NCBI GenBank assembly: GCA_031835245.2 | Contig: JAVKOQ020000085.1 | Span: forward strand, 62,001 to 126,000 | DNA: 64,000 nucleotides | Direction of reading: 5' to 3' | Source: Balamuthia mandrillaris | Lineage: Eukaryota | Part shown: in pieces, positions 52,455 through 64,000 of the stretch | How the letters are laid out: every line of letters starts with the position of its first letter | How positions within the stretch are numbered: position 1 is the first letter of the stretch | Made by a program: the position numbers and the translations under genes | The notes under the pieces: model-generated | What the model saw: only the letters and a program-made list of their open reading frames with translations | What the model was told of the DNA's origin: nothing | Database searches by the model: none

Positions 52455-52672
52455 TCCTCCTTGGGCACTGCTCACGCCAGCGGCGCTGTGCGGCCTCCGG
52501 AATATCCTTGGTCTCACAGACTCCCCTGGCAGTCGTTTGACCACGCTAGGTAAGTTCTACTTTGTTCTTTGCCCTTTTCCGCTTCGAGTTTTTCTCATCG
52601 AATACACACACCTCTCTCTCTCTCTCTTTCTCTCTCTTCCTTTCTCTCTTTCTCTCTCTTCCTTTCTCTCTC

Positions 52673-52714
<42 letters not shown>

Positions 52715-53436
52715 TCCCCCGTCTCCTCTTTTCCCCTTCTCTCTACCTTTTTCTCTCAAAAAAATGCAGTATTCGTCGTGGCCACCAAGTATTTAGTGAG
52801 GTCTGCTCCTCTTGCCACAGCCTCAACCTCGTTGCCTACCGCCACATGGTGGACGTGGCCTATACTGAAGAGGAGCTGAAGGAGATCGCCGCTGGAGTGG
52901 ACTACGAGGACGGACCCGACGACGACGGCGAGATGTACACAAGACCCGGTAAACTGTCTGACCCCCTGCCGGCCCCTTACCCCAATGAACAGGCCGCGCG
53001 TTCCGCCAACAACGGAGCCCTTCCTCCTGATCTATCACTCATCATCAAGGCTAGGCCCGACAAAGACAACTATGTCTTCCAGCTGCTGACCGGCTACACT
53101 AAGCCCCCCGCGGGAGTGAAGGTCAGGCAGGGAATGTTTTACAACCCCTACTTTGAGGGTGGCGGCATCTCCATGCCTCCTCCCCTCAGGGAAGGCATGT
53201 TGGAATACGAGGATGGCACCGAGGCTTCCATCTCTCAGATGGCTAAGGACGTCACCACTTTTCTCTGCTGGGCCTCCGAGCCTGAGCACGATGACCGCAA
53301 GAAGATGGGCATCAAGGCCATTTTCTTGCTCACCTTGGGCCTCGCGCCGACCCTCTATTGGAAGCGACTCAAGTGGTCCGTCCTCAAAACGCGTCAGATT
53401 CAGTTCCCGAAGGGCTTTGGCACCGGCGGCAAGTAA
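52455..53436 (+). CDS. CYC1: Cytochrome c1 (5'-partial: presequence and ATG not found; intron 52550-52769)
   Basis: [29 protein letters not shown] heme motif, [42 protein letters not shown]-terminal TM. Confidence 0.93.
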
Positions 53437-53586
53437 TTTGTTTGTTCTGTTTTCTTTCTTCCCACAAAAACTTTTTTGTTCTTTTTCTTCCTCCTCCTCC
53501 TCCTCCTTTTCTTTTATCCCTCTCCTTCTCCTTCTCCTTCTTCTTGGCGAGCATGGAACCTCCCTTGCTAGTTCTCCATCTTCGTG

Positions 53587-53634
<48 letters not shown>

Positions 53635-54044
53635 GTGCCTCAGTACGGCTGTTTTTTTAATGGGTGACGTAATGAATTAAGTGTGGTGGCGAAGGGTAGA
53701 AGCGCCCACGGGCACCAAACGTCCCTCCGGTGCGCCTCACAATGAATACGGAGGGCCGATGGACAATTGTGATGGAAGACAATGCCGCGCCCGGAGGTGC
53801 AATGAACCCCCCGGCAATAAATACGGCCAAAGTGATAGATACAAGCAATAATAAGGGCAGCAAGAAAAGGAGGGCCACGTAACAGGAAGGCCTTTCATTA
53901 CTTTTCTTTTCGACGAACCACAAACAAAGAAGGCCGTTCTTGGACTCTCTCCGCTCCTCTCCAGCCAAACGGTCCAAGGGAAGGGCACGGATTTTTTTTT
54001 TTTTGTTTGGTACTGTACATTAATAAAAAAAGAGAGAGAGGAGG

Positions 54045-54982
54045 ATGAACTGCCACACCAAGTGCCGGCTGGGCGGTTGCCTCTTCTTGTTGTGCTGCTT
54101 AGCTGTCAGCTTCGTTGCAGCAGATGACCCACCTTCCAGTACGTTCTTGCACCCTCCTCTCTGTCTTTTCTCCTCTGATACGGAAAAAAAAACTTGATCA
54201 GATTTTTGTTCCGGAACGGTTCGCTTGACGGCACAAACGGGGGTGATCACCGACCATGAAGGAGGCGGCCACTACCGCCACAACAGCCGTTGCATATGGC
54301 AGATACAGCTGGACCCCGAGCAGACCAACCAGATCGACCTTCGCCTCACCAAGCTGGACCTCGAGTTCCTCTACGACTATGTCAGCATCTACAAAGGGCT
54401 GGAGCCCACCTCCGCTAGCCAGATTGTGTGGCGCACGGGAGAGCGGCAGGACACCTCCCAGGAGGATCCCATCGTCGTACCGGGCGCTAACGCCACCGTC
54501 TTCTTCTTTGCTGACTTGATGGTCAGTCATTCTGGCTTTGCTTTGACTTATGCTGGAGGCACGTCTTCTCTGCTTCTCTCTCTCTCTCTCTCTCTCTCTT
54601 TCTCACTCTCCCTCTCTTTCTCTCTTCGCTTCTCTGCTTCTCTCTCTCTTTTCTTTCGTTTATGTCGTCTAACATTATTTATTTGGAACGGTAGTCAACT
54701 GCCCAGACAGGTGCTCGGGCAATGGTTTTTGTAACATGGACAACGAGTGTGAGTGCAAGCCCGGTTGGACCGGAGACTCTTGCAATGTTGGCAACTGCCA
54801 ACAGGATGGCTGTAGCGAGGCCGCTGGCGGAGGTGTATGCAACAACCAAACTGGGCAATGCGAGTGTAACGTTGGCTTCTACGGGCCTACCTGTTCCGAT
54901 CGTACGTCACTTCTTCTTTGGTTGCTTTCTTTCCTTCTTTTTATGCTGTTATTTCTTTGCTTTTGTTGCATTTCTTTTGTTC

Positions 54983-55017
<35 letters not shown>

Positions 55018-57072
55018 CTTTATTTGCGCAGCATACTGCCAACCACTGTCCCTCATAAGAGCTAACACTGGCGTCATCTCCGACCACAAAACGACGGGGG
55101 ACTCCTTGCACAACCTCAAATGCAAGTGGGACATTGCTGCCGAAGACTTTGATCCAGAGGCCGACCGGCTGCCCGGAGACACCACCATAGAGATCGAGTT
55201 CTCTCAGTTTGACTTGGAGAGGGACTATGATTTTGTTCGCATCTCCGATGGTAAGACCGATGCAGAGCTGCATAGCGTTGCAGTGTATACAGGAACGGTT
55301 ATTCCTCCTCCTGCTTTTGCAACCAGCGGCAGAATGGCTCTCGAGTTCACCACGGATCAGGGAATCACTAGGACCGGCTTCCAGGCGCACTTTACTGCAT
55401 GTACTTGTAGCTTCTAATTGTTTCCTTCTTGTTTCTCTCGCTATTTATGTCTTTAAGGCTGATTTTATATGCGTTTGTTTGAATGTTAAGCTTCTTGTGT
55501 GGGGGGTTGTTCTGGTCACGGTTACTGCTTTGATGGTACTTGTCACTGTGACCATGGCTTTACGGGCACAAACTGCGAACAAAGTATGTCATCTAAACAC
55601 TTTCCACGTTTACTATCTGTCTAATGCACCTGTGTTCTTTTTCTCTTTAGCAAAATGCGAAGGCGATTGCGGTTTGCACGGCACGTGCAACGATACCAGA
55701 CAAATTTGTGATTGTGAGGTGGGTTTCAGCGGTGCTGATTGTAGTCTGTGTGACAAAGAGCAAGCCAGCGAATGCCAAACCGGTAACTCTCTCCCTTCTC
55801 CATTTTGTTATAAATGTTTCTCCAGAGAAGGTGCTAAAATGATCTCTTTTAAAGAGTATTGCACTGGTGTTGTAACGCTGAAGGATCAGTCTGGCTCCTT
55901 TGCCAGCCATACAGGAGGAGGTCTCTACCATCCAGGCTCTCTGTGCACGTGGCAAATAAGGCCTTCTACCGAAGAGGCCTTTGATTCCATCATTGTAACC
56001 TTTGATGAGCTGTTTGAGCTGGAGCTCAACAAGGCGTTCATATCGGCAGTGGATGCCTCCAATCACGTCATTGCGCGTTATACAGGGGGAACGAAACCGG
56101 CTCCCGTCGTTACCAGGGACAAGCGTCTTACTATTACCTTCACTGCTGATTCGAATGCTGCTACTGCGCTTGGTTTTCATGCTCGATACACCACGTGTAA
56201 GCATTCTATATTTGTTTCCTTGTTCTCTTGGTTTTGTTTTGTTATCTGACTGAGTCTTCAAAAAAAAAAAAACGAAATACAAACTTCTCTCAAACAATAT
56301 AGTGAAATGCAGTGATAGTTGCTCTGGACACGGCGTTTGCCTCCCCACTGGATGCAACTGTGATCTAGGCTGGACTGGAGATAACTGCAATATGAGTACG
56401 TTTTCTTGACATAATAATTCGTTTATCTTGTTGAGCTCCTTTGAATTATCATTTCTAATTATGTGTTAATGCAGCCGAATGCTCCGACCCTAACTGCTCC
56501 GGAAATGGTGAATGCATTGACGACAAGTGCGTTTGTAAGCCTGGCTTTTTCGGTCCATCCTGTGCTACCAGTGCGTCCTCTCTCTCTCTCTCTCTCTCTC
56601 ATGCAGCAAATAATCATGTTATACAACAATAGCGCATTGTAGTGGAGTCACTGAACTCGGCGCTGCTTCTGGTACTTTTAGGGACCATTCTCAGGGCCTG
56701 CAGTACATCCCAAACTCCAACTGTGTGTGGGTCATCAAACCTGTACCCGCCTCGCAAACGGTGACTCTCCATTTCACCAAATTCCGTTTGGACTCCCTCA
56801 CAAACGATGTTGTCCGCGTTTACGAGGTTCCCTCTTCTCGTTTCTCTTCGTGTGTCCGTTGTGTCATATTTTAACTTTGACAATAGGGAGAATCTGTCAA
56901 CGATGATAGGCTGTTACTTTCTCATACAGGATCTTTCACCCCCATGCCTGTTGTCTCCCAAAGTGGCAGCATGCTCGTCCAGTTCACATCAGATTCTCAC
57001 CTTCCCCAATCCCCCGAACTGACTGGCTTTGTTGCGGAGTACTTTAGCGGAGGTAACACTTTTTTCCCTCTC

Positions 57073-57123
<51 letters not shown>

Positions 57124-58397
57124 GCTAAGCACGCTTAAAAATTTATGATTAACAATTTCTTTCTTCATATAGCCTCTTGTCCTAATGCCTGCAGTTCTCG
57201 TGGCTACTGCTTGGATGGCTCTTGCGTTTGTTTTGGCGCTTTCGCCGGAAGCGACTGCAGCCGAGCGGCAGAGTCCACGCCGATCACTATTGGAAGCACC
57301 ACCGTTGGCTCTGTCGAGTTCCTCCAATGGAAGTACTACCAATTGGAGATTCCTGATCCTCCTCCATTCCAGCTGCAAATCCAGCTGACTGAGACAGCAG
57401 AAAAGAGACAAACCGATTCCGAGAATAACAGAGCACAAACGCGCCTCTACCTGAACCGAGGAGCTCTACCCACTCCGTCGAAAGCGGAGTTGGTGGACCA
57501 CACCGTAGATGACATTAAGTACATCTACGTGCGCCAACCTGCGTCCGGCACGTGGTATCTTGGTGTTGAGGGCCATAACGACGAGGGTGCTACTACTTTT
57601 TCTATTGATATTGCTTGTACGAAATTTTCTGTCCTCTCTCTCACTTCCTCCTTCCTCTCTCTCTCTTTCATCCTCTCTCTCTTTATGCTGATCTCTCTCT
57701 CAACTAGACTCGTGTCCACCAAGCTGTGAAAATGGTGGTGAGTGTGACGAGGAACTGTTTATTTGTCGTTGCGTGCACTGCTATGGTGGACCTGATTGTA
57801 CTGGAGGTTTGTGTTTGGTGGTCCTTCCTTTCCTTGGTTTTTTTTTGACAAACTGTTTTTTGTTTGCCAGTGAATCAAGAGGCATGTGGCCCTAATGCTG
57901 TGTGCGTTGATGACGCTTGTGCCTGTCAGGAAGGATTCAATGGCTATGCGCCCTTCTGCGGCATCTCAGAGGAAGACGACGATGGCGGCGGCGGTTCCTC
58001 TGCTGCTGTTGGTGCGTTGCTTCTCTCTCTCGTTCAATCTTGCTCTTGCTTTTTGTCGTTTCTTTTTCCCCATTGTTTTAGCTGACAAACATTATCCATC
58101 AAAGCCATTGTGGTGGTGCTTATCTTGTTGATATTCTTTGCTTTCGCAATGGGAGGAGCATTTTGGTTCCTTCGTCACAAAGCTGAGCAGCAACGCCGCG
58201 CTCCTGTCACAATATCCGGCAGAGCTCCCCCTGCCACTGCTGCTGGTGCTGTTCCTCCTCCTGTTGCAGCAGCAACCTCCGCTCCCCCTCCTCTCCAGCA
58301 ACCACGAAGCGAGCCCGAGTTTGATGAAGAAGGAGGAGAGGAGATGGAGGGCATACCGTCCAAACAGCGGAAAGGAGGTTATGCTCAGTTCTACTAA
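54045..58397 (+). CDS. Single-pass CUB/EGF-repeat surface protein (four CUB domains, multiple EGF, PPC-like domain, TM)
   Basis: Signal peptide; YRHNSRCIWQI, DLERDYDFVRI, CTWQIRP, CVWVIKP; CxCxxG(W/F)xGxxC repeats; TM IVVVLILLIFFAFAMGGAFWFL. Confidence 0.85.
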
Positions 58398-58887
58398 CCC
58401 GCTCGCACTTTTTGCACCCTCTTTTTTTTTCCTCAGAAAAATGTACATTTTTTTCCCTTTGTTTTCCAACTTTTATTCATCTTTTCTTTCACCCTTTGCT
58501 GTTGTTGTTGTTCTTCTTCTTCTTCTTCCTCTTCTTCTTCTTGTTGTTCTTGTTGTTCTTGTTGTTCTTGTTCTTCTTCTTGTTCTTCTTGTTCTTGTGT
58601 AAATGTAAAGGTTCACCTTAAAAAAAATTAGAGAAAGACAACGAAGGAAAAACAACAACGAAGGAGAGAGAGGAAGAGAGGAGGACACGTCTACATCGCA
58701 CCAAACCTATTATTTTTTAAATTAAAAAAAAAAAATAAACCCAGAAACGGAAAAGCCCACACGACTAACGTTGTCGGTCAAGCAAAGGGCGAAGAAACCT
58801 GCCACCCCACCCCACCACGGCCATAGCCATAGCCACAACAAGAGAAGCAAGGACAAGAGAAGGGAGGAGAGCAGCCACCACAAAAAA

Positions 58888-59554
58888 ATGCAAGACGAAA
58901 AACTGCGTGAAGTCAAGGTGAGCCTTGGCCTCCTCTCCTCCGCTGACTACGACGACGATGACGATGAGCGCGGAGACTCTCTGCCACACCACATAAAAGG
59001 AGGCTCTGCCTCTTCCTCCGCAAGCAAACCACACCAACAACAAGACATGGAAACGCCGGCCATCATCCGGGCCATCCCCCCTTGGCTCCACCTCGTCACA
59101 TGGCTGCTGCTCAACGTCTCCCTCACGCTCCTCAACAAGGCGGTCTTCTCCTTTGGGGACTTCACCTTCCCGCTGGCCCTCAGCGCTGTACATATGCTAA
59201 TCACGGGCGTCTCCTCCTGGTTCTTTGTGGAGCAGCTGCGCTGGTTCCCCCGCAACGAGAACATTGATGAGAAGGGACAGCGCATGCTCTGGGCCTTCTC
59301 CTTTCTCTTCTCCATCAACATCGTGGTCGGCAATGCCAGCCTTCGTTGGGTCTCTGTCAGCTTGGTTCAGATCATTCGAGCTGTCATCCCTGGCGTACGT
59401 CTTGCTTTCCTCTCTTCATTGTTCTCTCTTTTCTTCTCCTCTCTTCTTTCTCGTCTCTTCTCTTCTCTTCTCTTCTCTTCTCTTCTCTTCTCTTCTCTTC
59501 TCTTCTCTTCTCTTCTCTTCTCTTCTCTTCTCTTCGCTTCTCTTCTCTTCTCTT

Positions 59555-59594
<40 letters not shown>

Positions 59595-60222
59595 CCTCTC
59601 CCCTCTCTTTCTCTTAGCCAACCAACAAAACAACCAACCAAAACAGATGACAATGGTGCTGTCCTATTTCATTCTTGGCAAAACGTCCTCGCTCGCCCTC
59701 ATCCTCTCGATGATACCCATCTGCCTGGGCGTCATGCTGACCGTACAAGGCGACGTGGAGTACACCGCGCTCGGCTTCTTCGTGACCACCTTTGGCTCCT
59801 TCCTCTCCGCCCTCAAAGTGGTGGTCTGCAACAAGTTCCTCGTGGGCAAGTACAAGATGAACCCCTTTGACCTGCTGGTGCGGGTCTCCGGCCCTGCCTT
59901 GCTCCAAATGCTCGTCCTCTCCTACTTTTTGGAGTGGGAGGGCATCCAGAGCAAGTGGGAGCAGGTCAAGGACGTTCGCGTGCTCTCCTCCATCTTTCTC
60001 AGCGGCGTGATGGCCTTTCTCCTCAACGTGACCAACTTTTACACCAACCAGCTTACATCCCCGCTGACGCTGACGGTGGCTGGCAACGTCAAGCAGATCA
60101 TCACCATCATCCTGAGCATTGTCATCTTCCAGAACATCGTGACGGCCACCAGCGGCATTGGCATGGTCATCACCATCTTTGGCGCTGCTATCTACAGTTA
60201 TTTGAGTTATAAGAAATGGTAA
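58888..60222 (+). CDS. Triose-phosphate/nucleotide-sugar transporter family (SLC35E-like), 2 exons
   Basis: LLNKAVF..FTFPLALSAVH, NASLRWVSVSLVQIIRA, TSPLTLTVAGNVKQ. Confidence 0.9.
59455..59560. repeat. (TCTCT)n intronic pentanucleotide repeat
   Basis: Directly visible. Confidence 0.9.
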
Positions 60223-60299
60223 TCTCCTCTTATTTTTTGTGTCTCTTTACTCTCGTTCTTTCATTCTTTGGTATTATCGCATGTCTTCGTCCACCATCA

Positions 60300-62172
60300 T
60301 CAACCTTCGAGGGATTCGGCCAACCGCAGCACTTGCTCTTTTTCTCGCTGACTTGCATGCGCCTCCTGCTTCTCTTTTCCTTTCTCTCCCTCCTCCTCTT
60401 TTTCTTCTCCCTCTTCCTCATCCAATGAAGACGAGCCAATGTGACGCGCATGCTCCAACAAGACTGCTTTGATCTCGCTCAGGTTTGCTCCTTGCATCTG
60501 GAGCAGCTCTGCCAAACGCTTTTGCGCGGCAGAGGAACCATACTTCATCAAGAAGGCCACAATGAGATCCACCAGTTGCAACGTGAAGAGATGACCTTCA
60601 TCCAAACGACGCGAAAGGTAATACTCTTCGTCCAACTCATCTTCTTCATCTTCTTCGTCGAGCTCTCTTCTTCTCTGCTCCTTTTCTTCTTCTAGCTTTC
60701 GGTCAAAACTCTCCACGGTTTCTTTGTACTTGAGGTGAAGCTCCACCAGCCGTTCCACTTTTTGGAAGTTGTTCTCCTCAAACTTTCTTGCGAGGCGTGT
60801 GAAGTATTCGCTTGTTGGATCCAGCTGTTTGAACAGCGATGCGATGCACGACGCTATGTGCTCTATTTGTTTTTTTTTTGTTTGTTTGTTAGGTTTTTTC
60901 TTTGAGCGTAGAGAGAGAAAGAGATAAGAGAAAAGGAAAGAAGCAGAGAATGGGTGAGGGAAAGAGAACCGTCATCTTCCACTTCGTTAAAGCCTTTGCG
61001 GTTCTTATTTTTCGCTCCTTTCTTCATAAAGGCAGCGAAGAGCGTCTTGAGGCCAAGTGCGCTCACGAAGCGAGTGCAGTTGGCTTTGTTGCCGCTTAGC
61101 GCGTAATCCAACACTTTTAGGGCTGGTCTTCGGCAAAACCGTTTTGCTCTGAGACGCCCAGCAACAGAGGAGAGGAAGAAGTGTAAGAAAAATGAGTGAA
61201 TGAATGAGGAAAAGGCGTACTTGATCATGATAAGCATCAACTCGATGCCTTCCGCCTCTCTGAAGGCGTCCTTGTTGGGAGGGTGCAACAGCAACGAGCA
61301 CAGGCAGTCAAAGTAGTTCTCAACGAGTTCTTCCTCATCTGCTGATGGTGGGTTCTGCTTTCTATAACCCTTTTGTCGATGTTTCATCGTTAGTCTGGTT
61401 GCAGAGGAAAGCAGAATGAAAGCAGAAAGACGAAACGAAAGCAGAAGGTCGTACAGCAAGAGAGACCAAGATAACATCCATCCCGTTCTTCTCGACAAAC
61501 ATTTGTCTGTTGGAGGGAGAGAGCTGGAGGCAGATGGAAAGCAGCTCGCAGCAATAGGCCTTGTTCTCATCAAACGGAGTGCCTTTAATCCTGCGAAGCG
61601 CCCACGACAGAAACCCCGTTTTCTCAAAGAGGAGGGAACAGGTCTCTGGCCTGGTTTCCGTCAAGTTCTCCACTATGGCCAACGTTTGAAATATGCCTCT
61701 TTTGTCTTCCTCGTCTTCTTCGCTTAACCGCTCCATGTTGCTGATCAACATTTCCAATCCGCTGTGCTCAAACTGAAAAGACAAAAAGTGGTTCAGGCTT
61801 TGTCAGAGAGAAGGAAAGAGCGAAGAAAGAGTAGAGAAGACAAGAAAGAAGCAACAAAAAGAGGAGCACTTCTTACAAAGGAATCAAGCAGCGTTGTGGC
61901 TTCCTCATATTCAGCAAAGGCATCGGGCTCGGTGAGTTCCTTGAGCAGCTCGACGGCATCGATGGCGATGTCATGGTTGTCATGCAGCAGCAGGCCCAGC
62001 AGGGAGGCCACGGCGTTCAGCTTCACAAAGTCAGCGTAAAGCTCGGGCGCTGTTGCCAACACGTGTAACTCTTTCAAGGCCTCATCCAGATCTACTTCTG
62101 ACTCCATGAACCTGGAAGAGTGAAAGTCAGAGAGAGAGAGAGAGAGAGAGAAGAAAGAAAGGGTGCAAGTGG

Positions 62173-62209
<37 letters not shown>

Positions 62210-62568
62210 ACAAGAACAAGAAGGGTATGAAGAAAAGGGTGTTGGATCAAAGTACCGTTCAGGTTCTGCAGCGTATTTCACTCTGAGTTCTTGGTTGATG
62301 TTGATCTTCTTCTCAAAGGCAACGATGAGCTTACGCAACGCTTGTGGGGATAACGTCTCTACCTAATGGATGAATCGTTTTGAGTATTAGCGATGATTTA
62401 GAGACAACAAAGAAAAACGGTCAGGCGTACGGGAGGAGCTTCTTCGAGCAGGCGAGCGATGTCCTCTTCGGTGAGACCACCGTCTCCATGACCATGAGCC
62501 ATGTCCTCTCCGTGTTCCTCCTCGCCACCAACTCCAATGGCCTCCTCATACTTTCTTTTGTGGCTCAT
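60300..62568 (-). CDS. CTNNBL1: Beta-catenin-like protein 1 (Prp19 complex)
   Basis: FEKKININQELRVKY, FMESEVDL, LLLHDNHDIA, EEELVENYFDCLC, LGLKTLFAAFM, YLSRRLDEGHLFTLQ. Confidence 0.92.
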
Positions 62569-62841
62569 CTCGCTCTTTCTTGTCTCTTTCTACGTTCATC
62601 AATTTCATGACGACGCGATTAATGAATCCGTGACGACATGGGTCATGAAGCCTGTTTGAAGAATGGATCAGTTCAAACTTTGTCCACTGCCCTGACCCGA
62701 AATAGAGTGTCTCCCCTCCTGGACAGTCTGGAGAACAACCTGCACTTGCCCATTTCAGGGTGTTTTTTTGCCGCCTTTTTTCGCGGGGAGCGTAAATTCA
62801 TTTGTGTGGGAAGACGATACGGCAAGCGGAAGCGAAGTGAG

Positions 62842-63631
62842 ATGGAAGGAGAACAAGTGTTGGTTCGATGTTTGTCGTCACTCCTATCGCCGGAGCAGCA
62901 CTTGCGCAAGGAAGCCGAAGAGGCACTTGACCAACTCGCCACTCAACAAGGTTTTTTTTCCTCGTTTATCGCTGATTTATTTTTTTTTTTTTTTGGGATG
63001 ATGCGCTGATGGGTGAAACTTTGCGGATTTTGGGGTGTTAAAAAAAATAGGGTGTGGAGTTGCTTTGGGAAGAGCCATGCTCAACGCGAACCTGCCGGAG
63101 GCGGTGCGTCAGATGGCCGGCGTGGTGCTCAAGCGCTACGTGAAGACGCACTGGAACGAGCAGGACCACCACTTTGTGGCGCCGGTGGTTTGTCCGGAGG
63201 ACAAGGCCTCCCTCCGGCAGTTGCTCCCACCCGGGCTCAGCGACCCCAACAGCAAGATCAGAACCGTTGTGGTAAACTTTCTCTTCTACAAGCCCTGTTT
63301 TTTACCGTCTTCTTCTCATTCTTCTTTCTTCTTTGTTGTTCTTCTTGTTTCTTTCTTCTTGCTTGTTTCTTCTCTCTTCTCTTTTGCTCGTTCTAACTGC
63401 TCTCTGCTCTCTGCTCTCTCCTCTCTCCTCTCTGCTCTCTCCTCTCTCCTCTCTGCTCTCTCCTCTCTTCCCTCTCTGCTCTCTGCTCTCTGCTCTCTGC
63501 TCTCTGCTCTCTGCTCTCTGCTCTCTGCTCTCTGCTCTCTGCTCTCTGCTCTCTGCTCTCTGCTCTCTGCTCTCTGCTCTCTGCTCTCTGCTCTCTGCTC
63601 TCTGCTCTCTGCTCTCTGCTCTCTGCTCTCT

Positions 63632-63670
<39 letters not shown>

Positions 63671-64000
63671 AGGCAATGGCTCTGGCCTCCATCGCTCAAT
63701 GGGACTGGCCGGAGGAGTGGCCTCGGTTCATAGAAGACCTCATACGCTGCATTGACGACCAGAACAAAGATCTTAGCTCTGGTGCTCTTCGTTGCTTGGA
63801 AATGTTTGCCACTAGCGAAAACTTGAGCGATCAACACCTTCCTGTTCTTCTCCCTCTTCTTCTCCCCGCTTTGTTGCAGCTTTTATCTGGAGTGCGTCTT
63901 TCTTTCTCACGATCCTGTTTCTTCGCCTCTTATCACTGTTAACGGTTTACTCGTTCTCTCTTTGCTGCTCTTCTCTGTTCTTCTTACCTTCACAACTGTA
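62842..64000 (+). CDS. IPO9: Importin-9, 3'-partial
   Basis: IBN_N domain RQMAGVVLKRYVKTHW, GLSDPNSKIRT, IAQWDWPEEWP, GALRCL. Confidence 0.85.
63400..63640. repeat. (TCTCTGC)n intronic heptanucleotide repeat
   Basis: Directly visible. Confidence 0.9.

Noticed and set aside
52354..53436. 360-aa ORF as a genuine NDX-cytochrome c1 fusion protein
   Set aside because: It reads through a CT-rich intron by chance; the true c1 N-terminus (PPEYPWSH) is in another frame
53775..53815. U1 snRNA-like ATTGCAC loop on the minus strand
   Set aside because: No ACTTACC 5' end or Sm site
59395..59647. SSLLF-repeat insert in the transporter
   Set aside because: GTACGT...CAG intron that happens to be stop-free

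Overview
Gene-dense, intron-rich eukaryotic DNA with short introns carrying sense-strand (CT)n tracts and many Ser/Glu/Gln low-complexity exons. The style suggests an amoebozoan of the Acanthamoeba/Balamuthia type (inference only). The window holds about 22 protein genes: a Zn2Cys6-PAS transcription factor, COQ5, DENND11, UEV/MMS2, MDH, RhoGAP, Mad3-like, a CotH kinase, DUF202, DBR1, an EEP/TDP2-like protein, Rab34/36-like, lysyl oxidase-EGF, condensin CAP-G, an LRR protein, GSAP/pigeon, NDX-like, cytochrome c1, a CUB-EGF receptor, a TPT transporter, CTNNBL1 and importin-9. It also holds three tRNA-Arg genes. The most unusual part is an accessory island at about 41.0-45.8 kb centred on tRNA-Arg(ACG). 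On the tRNA's 5' side is a degenerate DIRS/Ngaro/PAT-type retroelement (gag with a CCHC knuckle absent from the ORF track, YVDD RT, RNase H, a 51-bp fold-back). On its 3' side is an intronless LRR array with a conserved scaffold, variable concave-face residues and a BC-box-like tail. Other notable items are an out-of-frame NDX-like/cytochrome c1 junction, a shared E2F+GTCGAC element upstream of two mitotic genes, four GC-AG introns and a candidate structured ncRNA. Gene models were spliced by eye, and family calls come from recalled motifs, not database searches.
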